A stretch of 63,764 bases of DNA, the filler included, from Gonapodya sp. JEL0774 (taxonomy: Eukaryota), in NCBI GenBank assembly GCA_027604505.1. It is 3 parts of 3 records of this genome, joined end to end, with 100 filler letters (N's around TTAATTAATTAA, not from the genome) between each part and the next. Parts side by side here need not be neighbours in the genome. Positions count along the whole stretch, not along the records: positions 21,604 to 43,087 come from JADIIX010000245.1; positions 43,188 to 63,764 come from JADIIX010000248.1; 1 more part is not named here. The stretch is one strand, 5' to 3'. Under the pieces are notes generated by a model. It was not told the DNA's origin and searched no databases. It saw only the letters and a program-made list of their open reading frames with translations. Numbering within the stretch: position 1 is the stretch's first letter; each line of letters begins with the position of its first letter. The position numbers and the translations under genes are program-made. This document shows, piece after piece, positions 36,261 to 50,344 of this stretch.

Positions 36261-38713
36261 GCTCAGGGGCGAATAACAACACTGAGTAGTATAAGGCTTT
36301 GAAAATGGGAGGGCGGAAAGATGTGGACCTTCCACAGTTCACACTGTAATAGCGATCGTAGATAATATTATCACAGTGATTTTGAGTTTTCGGAATTCGG
36401 TTGGGCAATCATGACATCAATCCGCAACCTTGCTTCCAAGTGTATTGCAATCTCCCATTGTTCACAACTATTTCGGATCAGAGACTGCGCTGGTGGCGTC
36501 AAAGTTCCACTGGTGCCCATTGGTCATCAAAATTGGCTGGGAGAATTAATCACCTTACACACACAGGGTGAAAGACAACATGTCAGGGCGTGGCCTGACA
36601 AGGTATTCGTGATCATAGGACACAGATCGGACTCTGCGACGTCAATAGAGTGAAAGATTGTATTTTTGTAGTTTACATGGACGGATCATATGAGTTTTAG
36701 AAGTTCTGTAAGAGGCGGAGTTGGAGAATAAAGGCCACAGCGCTCCTCAGTGACCAAAGCTACACTGGACTTAGAAAACCGTGTGGAGAGTGCGCAGCAC
36801 TCGGTGTTGGACGATGAATGCTGTGGCACAAGAAATATGAACGGCTTGGATGCCCGGGTCCGCAATTTCGATGCACCAGGTATTTGATTGTTGGCAGTTG
36901 GAAAAGGTAGGGGAGGGCAGCGAGGAGGAAGGGGATTCGTGGCGAGGCGTGAGGCAGCGACGCGAGGTTGGCAACAGCGGCGAGTGAAGAAGATCAACAG
37001 ATTAAGAAAATTTGAGAGCGAGGAACTTACCTATCGTTCCCAGCACCTTTGATCCTCTGTTCATCTCCCGTACGGGGGATGCCAACTCATCTGACCTCCT
37101 GTCATCCCTATTCCGCGTTGCATTCTCACACGATCGTCCAAACTTCATATCTCTCGTTCCACTGATGCAAATTTACCTTTCGCCCGACATGATTTGAATT
37201 CGACCGAGGTGTCAGGGGGTCATTCGCTCGCGGAGACACCGCACTCACCTTCCGCTATCCACCGTACCGTGTTGAGCCCCACCTGAACCACCTCCGCCGC
37301 CTAATAGCCACCAGACCACATGTGGTGAAGTGACGTTCCGTGTAGGGGTGAGTTGGTCGAGCACGCGCATTCGACGGGGGAATGAGGCAGGGAGCGTTGG
37401 GGACGGGAAGACGTATCGCGCAGCGTGGGTCAACGAATCGAACACGAAGTTCAAACTTGAGTTCACGCTCGGCGGAGTCACTGCAGAGGAGGAGATTTGG
37501 CAACAGGTTGGTGGTTGAAAAGCGTGGAAAGTGGTGTGAGTGCTCGAACGGTCTGAAACGGGGGATAAGGCAGATTTCAAGAAAACGTAAGCAAACCAGC
37601 GAGTGCACGTTGGGGGATTTACCGAGCGGAGTGACTGTGTTTTCGTTATACCGTTAGGACAGGCCACGTTCAAGTTGGTGAGTTAGCAGGGATGAATGAG
37701 GGGAGGCGAGCTTTGGGGAAACCAAAGGCGTGCAAAATAGAGAGACACCTAAATAAACTGTAGAGCATGATTTGCGGGGTCATACATCGAGGGAAGAAGA
37801 CAGATTTCTGTTTGCAACTGCTCACTCACCGATCGGAGTCAAACCCCGTAGTTCCACACATCCATCCGTGTCGTACACTCGGGTCACCACACAGCAATGC
37901 GAACTGAGAGGCGATATGGCTCTAGTCGTTGAGCGTGAGTGGCTTCGTTCGGGGTGGATAGACAAAGTTATCGAAGCCGAAGGTCTTACATACAAATCGA
38001 GAGAAGAAAGACTCAAAACGACACAAGTTACTTGGCATCCCGAGTCCGACAGCGAAGGAGCTTATCTTTCCGCGTCCTCGGGTTTCATCCTCCTTCCATC
38101 CTCGCCCGTCCCACTTGCTGATCGCCACTGCCGCACTCACTACGGCCCACCCATCCCGGCGTCCATCAACATTCCCAGTTCCCACACATTAAAATCACTC
38201 TTTCAATCGCTGCAGCGCTGTTTCGAACGGTGTAACGGATCGGTGATGTGTAGCGCGGAAAGGTGTGGGATGCAATGGGATGACGGGAGTGAGGGGTAAG
38301 AGACTGGAACCGAGCGAGAGAGAGACGAAAGTCGGAAAAAGATGAAAGTGATCCGAGATGGTCTAGCGCGGCGGTGCGGGTTGAATGCGGGAGGGGATTG
38401 GTGAGGATGGACTTTCTCTACTCTCTAGAACACTGAACGACAGACCATGCGTGATTCAACGCAACTACTCCTCTCGTCGGCCCACTATGAGAAAAAAGAG
38501 CTCTGAAGTGACAAAGATTTGTAGAGACTACTCAAAATGTTACTTTTACCACAAATAGATACTACAGACAAAGGTTCTCTCGAAATGTGGAAATGTACGC
38601 TACGACAATCACAAGACACCAAACTGAATGCTAGCAAAGTACAGAGTGAAAAGAAAAACTCTCACAACCACCCTGCCATTTCCTGGCTCCCACCTCTCCT
38701 ACAGCCTCAATTT

Positions 38714-40412
38714 TCACCTCCCTTGCCCCGTTCCTGCCCCCCCTCCTACTCCAATCACCTCGGTCTCTGTTCCCATCCTCCTACTTCCACTCCTTGTTCC
38801 CTCCCCTCCACCTCCACCAAACCTCCCAACCCAATCACCTCCTCCCAAATTGAACCCATCGCCTCTCGATTCCACACCCCGCGCGGGCCACGTTCCTGAA
38901 GGTGGTGGCGACGGTCTGGTGGGGTACATTGATCGCTGCGGTGGTCCAGCGACGTCACCATGGTACTTGGACGAGAGAGGTGGTGTGGTAGGGACAGGGC
39001 GGAACGGGTTTGAGGGGGGAGGTGCTGGGGCGAGGTTAAGGCGGGAGTCGTACCGGTGTGTGAAGGAGAGTGTATTGAGTGGTAGTTGGGAGGGGACAGG
39101 TGGGTCGCGGGTGTCGCTGACGCAGGCCATAGGGAACGCGCCAGAGGTACTCGTACGGGTGTTCAGTCCCTAAATGAAGAGTGGGAAGTGCGTGGGGGGT
39201 AAATTTGATCAATACAGTAAAGATTATCGACAAACATGGCGGAGATGACAAACAATTTGCACTCACCGATCCCCACCCGTCGGCAAACTCCAAGTTCACA
39301 AAAATGGCGTCCCCCACTGTGATGTTTAATTCATCCGTGTCCTGTGCTTCAAAGTCAGCAACAGCATACATGAGCCGCTGAACTGTGATGGGTGGTTGGG
39401 GTTCATTAGCTGGGGGAGAAGATGGGAATGACATGAGTTGGGTGCGGAGGGTCCCAACCTCGCGTTCCAGGGTTGCATTTTTTGTGGAGAGGGTGCGGAC
39501 TTCTGTCTGGAGGTCCTGGATTCCTGCTTCTAGAGTGGTGTTCCTGGCTTGAACTTCCAAGATCCGTTGCTCCAGCTCCTGCACTTTGCTCACAGCCACT
39601 GCTGCTGTCACCGACAGCTCCTCATTCCGCCCCTTCACTTGATCTAACTCTCCACGTAGCTCCCTAATTTCGCGATCCTTGTCCGTGAGGAGAGTGAGAA
39701 GGGCTTCAGAGGGTTGAGAGAATGAGGAGGGTACTGTGGTGCGTGGGCGGGATGGGACTGGAGTGGGAGGGTGGGATTGATGGTCTTGCAGGGTTTGCAG
39801 GAATTGAGTGTCAGGCTGTTCGCGAGCGGCATCCAGTTCTCTCTGGGTGACCACAGCACCCTGAGAGAGGAGGAGGCGGACGATGGGGAGGGAAGGGCGA
39901 AGAGTGAAGGGAGAGATGCAGCGGTCCTTGTGCTCCTTGGGATCCTTCAAGTGAACGTTTCCCCCCTTGAGACTGATGGAGAGTTTGTTGTCCGAGGTGG
40001 GTAAATCGCCTGTTCTGCCATTCCACCCTGTCCACTTCCCACCCCTCGCCACCGCCAGTGTCAGGGCAGAAGGGAACGAATTTGTCTGTATCCAACGTTT
40101 CCTGTCCCAATCGTCCGCGGCCGACGATGAAGACCAGTACGCGATCTTCCATTCAAAAACCCCGTTCGCATCAGCACCTCCTTCGAGCAGGGCCTTGACA
40201 ATGTCCTCATGAGCATGCAGAATCGCCAACGCCAACGCCGACTCGCACTCCACAGTGTCTGTTTTGTTCCCCTGCACCCATTGAAACCTGCATGTCAATG
40301 TGACCTTCTTCCTCGCGTTCGGGTTCGCTCCATCCGCGAGCAGCTGTCGCACCAGCTGCGCCTGGCCGTTCTCCACGGCCTCGATCAGTCGGATATCGCG
40401 AGCAGTAGACAT
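38714..40412 (-). CDS. Ankyrin repeat-coiled coil-SH3 protein with Pro/Gly-rich tail
   Basis: LIEAVENGQAQLVRQLLADGANPN and ESALALAILHAHEDIVKALLEGGADAN ankyrins, then a heptad region. SH3 YAVADFEAQDTDEL..DGWGS|GLNTRTSTSGAFPMACV with intron 39170..39266. Confidence 0.85.
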
Positions 40413-43188
40413 GGCGGTTCTCGTTTGGATTTTCGTGATGTTGTGCTTTGTTTGGGTTTCGAGTTTGTTCTGTGACAAGCTGCGCCATCCATTTCTGAGG
40501 ACTTTTCCAAGCACGGGCACGAGCAATGGTGGGCGCCTGTGAATTCATGATACATTGTCTACATTGTATTGCGTACATCGTATATATGTGTCCACTGCTT
40601 CTGCTCCCGGGGTCGGCGCCACTCCAAATGTACTCCCTGTTCTGTACCCGTTACCTCGCCTCCAACACGCTCTATGCCCGGGAGACCGCACAAGGCACAG
40701 GTCCCCAACTTCCGTCTTTAGCACCCTCCCGCCTTCCCCCCCTAACCCCCCCCCCCCCCCCGTCCCCTCCTCGGCCCCCTCTTCGGCAACCCGCTCACAC
40801 CACCCTTCGTGCCCCAACTTACGACCCCCTCCTTGCGGCTGCCCCTCACACCCCTCCTCGCACCCCCCTCGCGCCCCTGCCCCCTCCTGGGCGCCTCCTC
40901 AGCCCCATCCCCCCCATCCGCCCACGCTCCTACCCACACTCCATTCCCCATAGTAGCTGATCCCGATGGCTTGTCACCACTCATACATACCGCGTACTTG
41001 GCAGATCGTTTCGTCCAAGAGGAGTGTGCGATCAACGCCTGCCTCTTCGCCACCAAACACTCGGAAATCGGAATCCACCCCACCCTCATCTTCACCGTCT
41101 ACCCGCCCCAAACCCATCACACACTCACAGTGTTCCCCTTCCCGGTTCCTATGTCTGCCTCCACTTCTCCTCCTACGTCCCGTTTCCAGGTCTCCCTCTG
41201 TTCATGACAAGTCAAATGGGAACTGAATCGGGGTGGTAGCGGCGGCATCGAGGTTGTAACGTGTGGCCTGACGACGGCCATAGGGAGAGGTGGTGATTGA
41301 ACGGGGGAAGACCCGAGGGGAGGGGCCGGTGCTTGTCATTTGAGACACGCGGGTGAGGAGTCAGGGGATCAGATGTTGGAGGAAGTGAGACCCAGTGAAT
41401 AAAACACAATAACTGTACTTCATCTGGCGGAGCAGCTCTCTCCCGAAACCACCCCGATTCTGGTCCCACCGCATCCGGGGCGACTGCCTAAACCTAGGGA
41501 GTAATCCCACCTCGACCCCCACTATATCCCATTCTAGGTACACGCGGACTGGGCAGGCGTCTTTCGCTTTAAACTTCGATTGGCTCACCTTTGATTCCGA
41601 GCCATGGAGGCCCACAGGCATCCCATCTCCACAACCTATTCGTCCCGACTTGTCAGACGCACTGAGGACGGTCGGTCGAGCAATGGGCGTCTCAGTGCTC
41701 ATTTGACGACGCGCGGAGTGGAGTCAGAGGGGTGGGGGTATGAGGAAGGGAAGAATAGCTGACCCAAATGGGAATGAAGAAGGTAGAGAACGTGAGAGGT
41801 GTGTGAGCTGTGCAGACGAGGCAATGGGATGGGAACATCTGGTGGACGCGGTGATCAAAGCACAGCAGGAAACGTGCGGCAGAAGCATGAGTCATACCAG
41901 GTCGATTAAAGAAACATCGAGACTGAACAGAATACGTGGGTCCTTATGCTGCTTTCGAGCGTGGCAAAATAGGTTGCGTGGGCGAGGAATGGGTGAGCGA
42001 ACACCGAGGAGTGACCGAGCTGTCTGCGAGGGTTTTGAGGGAGAACAACGAGAAGACGCAAAAGTCATCGCTCAGTCCAGGGATAATGCTTACTGAAGCG
42101 ACGGAGGAAGTACTTCGTATAGGAGGTGTGATCATTCAGGGATGTGTCCAGAACGAGAGCACCAGGGTGCTGATGGGAACTAAGCTGGAATGGTACGTTG
42201 GAAGGGGAACGAACAGCCACAGAACCACAAAACTTACAAACAATTCCGAGGATGTGGTTCGAGATGAACAGGACGGACGGTGACACGATAAGCTGTTCTC
42301 GACAACTCACAAGACTAGAGCTTGTCGCACCAATGCATCCACGCTCCGGTTACCTTGCATTTCACTGGTGGTATTAACTTCATAATGCAGGCGTGCTTGC
42401 GCGTGGCAAAAATCAGTCGTGAAAGGAGAACATCGGTTTGACTGGAAGGAAGGAATCGTGACTAGTAGGTAGAGAACGGAGAAGGATGAGTGGAGATACC
42501 ATCGAAAGAAGCACAAATCAGCACACAGGACACAACGATGGCGAGATGCTCGACTGCGCTGGTGCCATGGAAGATCCAGTCCGGCGTACTGTCACGGCTG
42601 CCTTTGATGCCGGACAACCATTCCCTGAACACACCGTCACCCATTCACCACGTTCCCTTGATCCCGGTGAAGCTTCACGGCCAAACAACACTGACCTGAA
42701 ACTTGAAATTGGGAGTTCAGATGATAAGGGAACCTCATAGAGTGGTTGACTGGAGATAATAGTGAGTGGGTGGAACGGGATTGGAACAGGAACAGATTGG
42801 AAATAGGATGGATGGAACGGGAGTCGGGGCCAAAGGGGGAAAGTCACTGGGTAACAAGAGTGCTATGGGAGGAATTGAGGAGCGGAGAATGCGGAAAGCT
42901 GGAGAGATTTTGGAGGAAGGCCACAGCAACCGAACCGTGCATCACTACAGCAGAATCGTGGTATTACAATTCCAATCGAAGCCGACCAATGAAGGACAAA
43001 AAACGACGAAACGACGTGTCGTGGCTCATGTTCTATGAGCGCTTTTCTTTCTAGTGCTTCTGACCCTGCAATGACAACGAGGTCCATNNNNNNNNNNNNN
43101 NNNNNNNNNNNNNNNNNNNNNNNNNNNNNNNTTAATTAATTAANNNNNNNNNNNNNNNNNNNNNNNNNNNNNNNNNNNNNNNNNNNNC

Positions 43189-43293
43189 TGCGTCGTGGTG
43201 TGCATTCAATATCGACTCGGTATATTTGGGTTCTTTGCAACGGAAGAGCTGCGCAACGAAGCTCTAGCGAATGGGACTGGGTATGGTAACTAC
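43189..43293 (+). other. Isolated type-B carboxylesterase exon fragment next to gap
   Basis: CVVVCIQYRLGIFGFF...GNY followed by a gtgagc donor. The following carboxylesterase exons are absent. Confidence 0.65.
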
Positions 43294-43350
43294 GTGAGCT
43301 GACTATGCTAGCGATTTGTTCGTGTCCTTTTTACCCAATGACTCACCAAG

Positions 43351-46300
43351 TCGCGAATGGGTCAGCAAGACAGTCCAAGACTACGCAAGTCACCCCGAGA
43401 AGTTTTCAGATGCACCGGACTTCTGGGAAATCAACAGAAGTGAGGTTGAATATGAGAGGAGCGAAGACAACAAGCTTGGAACGGGTGGGTTTGGTAATGT
43501 CTATAGGGACATCTGGCGTGGATGGATTCCGGTCGCTGTAAAGGAGATCAAGCGGACAGTCGAGAAGTACGGTGACATTGACAAGGTGAGCGTTAGTGAT
43601 TGACCCACATAACGATTATTCTTCACAGATACTCAGATTTTCAACGGCGAAGCTCAAGTTTGGTTCAAAATGACATCTCGGCATGCTCTCCCACTCTACG
43701 GATACTGTCGCAGCACGGACAACCCCTTTTTCATTTCTCCGATAATGGAGAATAAAGACGTAACAAATTTTCTGCGGAGGTTTAAACGAGAAGAACGCCA
43801 ATCGAAGGCTCTATATCTGGTTCGTAGACTTTATGATCATCCAAACACTTTTACAATTCGGTATCGTGATTCTTCATAGATGCTTGATATTGCTGCTGGA
43901 ATGCACGACCTTCATGACGAGGGACTGATCCACACTGATCTCAAACCAGCCAATACATTGGTTGACACCGAAGAACGAGGTGTTCTCGCAGATTTCGGCT
44001 TTGCCAACAAAGGGTCTTCGTTTTTCACACTTGAGAGCTTATACAGGTTGACTGATGGCTCAAAAAATGTCGGTACACTAGGATTTATATCACCGGAGCG
44101 TTTGCATTCTTCGACGTTTGCTGAAGCCGAAGACGACACTATGCAACGTCCCGCGAGCGACACTTACCGGGACCCCACTATGTTTTCATACACAAAAACT
44201 AAGCCGCCAACAAAAGAGGGTGACGTTTATGCCTTTGGCGTGATGATCCCAATGGTGCGTGACACTTAGCTGCAGCACACGTTAACCTTCCTGACGATAT
44301 CTCAGATGTGGACAGGGCTGCATCCTTACCCCAAACTCCTCAACAAACAGTCACGAGCAGACTACATCAATAAAATTCGTTCTGGAGAATGTCGCCCAGT
44401 ACTACCGAAAAGCATGCCTGTTGGACTCCGCGAGCTTTCGAAGCAATGCTGGGATCACGATCCCACCAAGCGACCAACGTTTCAGAAAGTTTTCGAAAAG
44501 TTGAAGGAAATCATGTGAGCAACATTTTGAATGGTCTCGTTAGTCTTTTCCCATGCATTGACTGTGAACTCTCCTTTCTCTTCTCTCGCAGCCGTGAATG
44601 GGCCGGTAAAGGCATCAGTGACTCTTCTGATCCACCGATCCCCAGCAACGCGGACATTCTGAAAGAGCACCTTCCTGACTTGCCTGAAAGTCCGGCAGAG
44701 ATATATGCTCTAGCAAAACGCTGTCAGACTGGTTTAACCTGCGACACTAAGCGGGCACTACAATTGCTTGCGAGGGCAGCAGAGCTAAAACACCCTGACG
44801 CACAGTACGAGCTTGCTGAGTTCTATAGGATAGGACTCGGATTGTATCACCGAGACTTTGATCTGGCGATGAAATGGCTCCAAGAAGCAGCCGCTCAAAA
44901 TCATCCTCAAGCGCAGTGTATGCTTGCCGATTTCCTGAGATACCGGAAGGGTGACTGGGGAACTAACTTGGTGGAGATAGCCGAACTTTACCACAAAGCC
45001 GCCAATCAAGATTATGCTCCAGCGCAGTACACCCTCGGAATCTGCTATCGCAAAGGCATGGGGGTAGAAAAGGATGAGAAATCTGCTGCAACATGGCTCC
45101 ACCTTGCCGCAGAGCAAAATCATACACGGGCGCAGAACAATCTTGCAATGTGCTACAGGGATGGAATTGGAGTGGATAAAAACGAGCAAAATGCCTTGCT
45201 ATGGCTTCGGCGAGCTGCCGAACAAGGCGACCCTGGGGCGCAGTACAATATCGGACTTTCGTATTTCAGAGGAAGAAGTGTTGAAAAGAACGAGCGCTCC
45301 GCTGCATTGTGGTTCCGGCGGGCGGGTGATCAAGGTCTGGCTGAGGCACAGTTCGCTCTTGGACTCTGCTATTTAGGAGGGAATGGTGCCGAAAACAACC
45401 GGCACCTTGCTGTAACGTGGATCCGACGGGCTGCTGAGCAAGGCTTTCCTTTGGCACAGACCAGCCTTGGAGTCCTTTACGAAGCAAGCGGCGTGCAAAA
45501 AGATGCTCGAGCTGCAGCACTGTGGTTCTCCCGGGCAGCTGAACAAGGCCTTGCTTTGGCACAAAACTGTCTTGGGCACAGCTTTGCCCAGGGGATTGGT
45601 GTACCTAAGAATGACCAAATGGCCGCAACGTTTTTCCAGTTGGCAGCAGAACAAGGAGACGTGAAAGCGCAGTTTAATCTTGGAACCTTGTACTCCCAAG
45701 GTAGGGGCGTAGCAAAAGATGAGGAGGCTGCGGCAATGTGGTACCAGCGAGCTGCAGAGCAAGGAAGCGCTGATGCCCAGCACAATCTTGGACTGTTTTA
45801 TGTCCAAGGCATTGGAGTGGGCAAGGATCTGCGAGCTGCCGCACGTTGGTTCCGCCGAGCAGTGGAGCAAGGTCTGGCTATTGCGCAGTACAATTTGGGA
45901 GTGAGTTACGAGCACGGGAGAGGGGTGAAACAAGATATGCCAACTGCGCTCATGTGGATGATGCGGGCTGCCGAACAAGGCGAAGTTCAAGCCCAGGTCT
46001 CCCTCGGAGCAATGTACCTCCAAGGGAATGGTGTGACTGTGGATGAACGAGCTTCTACGAAGTGGTTCAAACGGGCAGCGGAGCAGGGTAACGCCAAGGC
46101 CCAGCACAATCTTGCCATTAGCTATGCCGAAGGCTGTGGAATAACCAAGGACAACCAAGCTGCTGCAATGTGGTATCTTCGGGCTGCGGATCAAGGTGAA
46201 AGTATGGCGCAGAATAATATCGGAGTTTGTTATGCACACGGCACTGGGATTGGGAAGGACATCAACGCCGCAGTAATGTGGTTCAACCGGGCGGCAAGCC

Positions 46301-47334
46301 AAGGTAATGCTGAAGCACAGTTCAACCTTGGACGAACGTATGAACTAGGGAATGGATTGGCCAAGGATATGCAATCTGCTGCAATGTGGTACGAGCAAGC
46401 GGCAGAGCAAGGCCACCCTCAAGCGCAGACGTGCCTTGCTCTTTGCTACGCCAAAGGAAATGGCGTAGACAAGAACCAGGAAGCTGCTATAAAGTGGTTC
46501 CAACGGGCCGCAGACCAAGGCATAGCTGAAGCACAGTATCACATTGGAGGTTGCCTCTCAGAAGGAATCGTACTACCCAAGGACGAACGAGCCGGCGCAA
46601 TGTGGTTTCGTCGGTCCGCCGATCAAGGCTTTCCGTCGGCGCAGTATCAGATGGGAATATGCTATGCCGAAGGGAGAGGTGTCCAAAAGGACGAGCGAGC
46701 TGCTGCAATGTGGTTCATGCGGTCTACGGGTCAAGACACTGAAGAGAACCGCCTCAAAATTGAACACAGCCACGCTCAAGGCAAACTTGTTGTTAACAGA
46801 GAGGAACGCACTCCTGATAAGACACTCGCGCCAGCTGCAGAACGAGGCAACGCCGAGACAGGAAGCATAACAGCATCACACGGCAACCCGCCAAACAGAA
46901 AGGAACCCAGCATTATGGAGACTTTGTACATTGCAGCGCAAGACGGTGACATTAACGCTCAATATCTGCTCGCTCAAATGCTTAAAACAAGAACAGATGT
47001 TCCTCCTGCTAGAGTTACCACTTTATACCGTTTAAGTGCGGACTCTGGTCATAAAGATGCACAATTTAACCTTGCCCTTCGCTATATGACTGGTCAAGGT
47101 GTGGATAAGAGTAACAAGAGGGAGAGGGCGGTGTACCGGTTTCGCCAGGCGGCTGAGCAAGGTCATGTTGAAGCACAGTTTCGTCTGGGGAAGGCCTATG
47201 CCGAGGGGCATGGCGTTCTTCGAAGCTACCAGCAAGCACAACACTGGTATGGTCTCGCAGCGTCCAATGGACACGCGCATGCCCAAAGAGTAATTGAGGC
47301 TCTTAAGCTGGATAGTCAAGGGACCAAAAGTTAG
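43351..47334 (+). CDS. TKL-like protein kinase fused to a long Sel1-like repeat array (5' end uncertain)
   Basis: GTGGFGNVY, VAVK, HTDLKPAN, DFG and CWDHDPTKRPTF in exons 43351..43585, 43629..43819, 43880..44254 and 44306..44514. A phase-2 splice leads into 44592..47334, which has about 20 AQYNLGxxYxxGxGVxKD..A..WFxRAAEQG repeats. Confidence 0.88.
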
Positions 47335-50300
47335 CTTTCAAGTACATTTTCTTTATTTTCTACCTGTGTGCACTCTGGTGTGCTGTGTGAAACGTTAAGC
47401 GTCAGGCTAGAGAGTACATTAACGTATCAATGTATGCCTGAAATTTTAATGCATTTTGCTGGGACCGAAGGAGAACGGGAGTAGCAATAACAGTCCGACT
47501 CTCCTAAAACGATCGAAAACTGGTGTCTGTTTTGCGAAGCTTGGGCGACAACCGAATTTGACAGTTAAAAAGAATGCGGATACGTTGCTAGACGCTACTG
47601 TATGCAATGACTGTAACAGTGCGATCGAAAAATGTCAGAATTATTCAGCTGTGGGATCTGGGTCGGGATTCGCGAAGCTTTTCAGCTTTCAAAGGAATTA
47701 ACGAGTTCGATCAACCACAAATCAATTCGTCCGACCACTCGAGATTGCAGCGGACGCTGAATATCGCCATCCTGCACTGTCTTCGACTCTTTGCATGTCG
47801 CTTCGCGAGCTGGAATCACCGTGTCCGCGAAACCTCCCAGCGCCGGAATGGGAGCACCCAGCTCCAGTGGCGGATCTGAAATGGGAACAAGTCCTCACGT
47901 TCAGCCACCAAGGTATGCTCTTGCAATCGCTCTCTGGCGAATCCGGATGTCAGATGGAGCGTCCCTTTTGAGATCCCAACATCCTTCATAATGCTCTCTC
48001 GATCATGGTCTGTTGGGTCAATCTGTTTCCCCTTTTATGCTCTTTTCCAACCGTTTACATTCCTCTCATGTACGTAGTGTCGACGTGGGCTCTTTCGCTC
48101 TCCGAATGTGAATCTTCCACGCGTCCACATCTTGCGTGCACATCTTTCCTCTCTACTGACCGCATTCGTGAGCCAAGACATCGCTTCAAAAGCTCCTTCT
48201 CCCCAACAGCTTCAAGATCTACCGGTGCCTGGACGCAAGCCGGTTTGCCACGTCGTGGGGAAGGTTCGAGGGGTTTGCACCGGCCGAGGGGCACGGGTTC
48301 GTCACACTATATGGCGTAAAAATGAAAGGATAGGTTGAGGATCTGTTCGGGGAAGGGAGTGGGGCCAGGAGGAAGGACAAGAGGATGAGATTGGGCTTGC
48401 CCGGGGTGTGTGCGCAACGGAAGTCGCAAGGTGGCCCGCGAGGTCTCACAAGACACAGGAGCGTTGCTGGCCTCGAGTTGAGTATTGAGAAAACAAATAC
48501 AACCACGCACGCACGCGGTACGGGATTTTGGGTGTTGGGTGTGGAGTGTTGTGAGTCGTGACACCCCACCGCACCAGTGCGATGCGGCGGGGCCAGGGAG
48601 GGAAGATATTGTGGCAACTGGTCACGGACTGTGCTGGTCATGATGACGATTGCGCATTCAGCATTCCCCGCTCACTGTTCAACCTCCGTCCCAACTCAAT
48701 CGCCCCCACCCACATGCCTCACGCCTTATTCTCCCTTCCCCCACCTCCATTGCCCCACGGTACCAAGTAACTTCCAGCGTTCGAAATTTGTGCAAGTAAT
48801 TCAAAGTTCCTTCGGTCATAGTCAAGTCTCGAGCCTCGAGGATGGAGGCGCTGACCTACGACCCACGGCCAAGACACGGCAACAAGGCGACACGACACGT
48901 GGGCCATGAGCCGTGAGTTGGTGCGGGTGGTGGGTGGAAGCGGGGTGGGGGCCCCGGGGTGCGGGGCTCTGTAAGTGCGGTGGTGCGAGAGGTGGAGCAG
49001 GTAGGCGTCAGTTTCGGAGAACGGTATGTGAGAACGAGCAGGTGGAGCACTCTCGTAAGTCGCTTGTCGGTGTGCGAGGAACGGAGTGCGTGCGTGGTGG
49101 TGGTGGGAGTGGTGGGTACCATCTCGGCTCGCTTTGCTCTCCCCATGCCCGATCCGACTCAGCGCCCCATCTCCACCTCCGAGCCCACCGGGACCGAGCT
49201 TATGACAAAGGCAACGTTTTTTTGCCACAAAATTCACAATGGGGTCACAATGATTGGATGTTAAGTTGATTTTCATTTATCACGAGAATCTCAATTGACC
49301 AGTTCCCTGACAAACGTCGCTGGAACACCACAACACCGCAACAACAAGCCCCCCTTCTGGCCACTGAATTTGGTGCTGTTGCGGTGCTGCAGTGTTGCAG
49401 TGTTTGGGAGAGGTGGAATGACTGGCACGTTTGAATCTTCCAGCATGGTTATGAAGATGAGTTGATCAGGTTTGAAAATCAAGGACCCAAAAAGTGTAGT
49501 TGGGAAGTTTCGAATATTAGAGTTATGATGTTGCAGCAATGAAAATGTCGGTCACAAAGTTGATTTGATGTGAAACAGTAGTCGAGATTGAGGTCACAAG
49601 TTGTTCAGATTTGAAATGAAAATCATACTTCCGTGACAAAGTGTGTTGATTTTGTTTTGATACGAGAATCACAATTGGGCACGTTGACGTTCTTTGGGAC
49701 AGACGTCTCTGAAACTGCAACACTATGACAGTGCAACACCGCAATACCACAACAACAGCCTCTCCGACTCGAACTTTAGAAGACTTGAATGTACTTGACG
49801 ATGCATATATCGCGGTATCGCAATGTCGCGGAGAGTTAGCATGGGTTACATGTTGAGCTCATCCATCAATAATGATTAGATTGAGGTCACCAAGTTGTTT
49901 TCGACAGTATGCTGGGAAGTACAGCGGGGACCGGAAAGCAAGACGTTTGTCCTAAACCGCGCAAAGGTTTTCATGGACTACGCAACTGCGGGTCCGAGGA
50001 TGTAACTAATTCCAGAAGGCGTCTTCATCAACACCATGCTCATCTTCTGGCGTCTGAAGTCCAGGACAGAACGACCTGCAGTCCAGTTTGCTTCGCTGGA
50101 TTTGCGATGGTCAAAGTTGCTGTGGCACCTTAGGTCACCCAGCAGCGTGACCCTTTCCAAGGACTCCAAACGACAGCAACCAATTGATCCTTGTTGGTTC
50201 GGCTCTTCCGCTCTTGTGTGGACCGTCGAGATCGAAAACACGTCGTGCTTACAATAGAAGAAACTTTCCTCCGAAGAATTCTCAACGCGTTTTGGACGCG

Positions 50301-50344
50301 GTCTGGGGGACGGTGGTGGCAAAACATTTCTCCCGGCCAATCGG

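Noticed and set aside
36686..38300. Exon-like minus-strand segments downstream of the ATPase
   Set aside because: Splice-like signals exist, but no consistent frame or family motif could be established.
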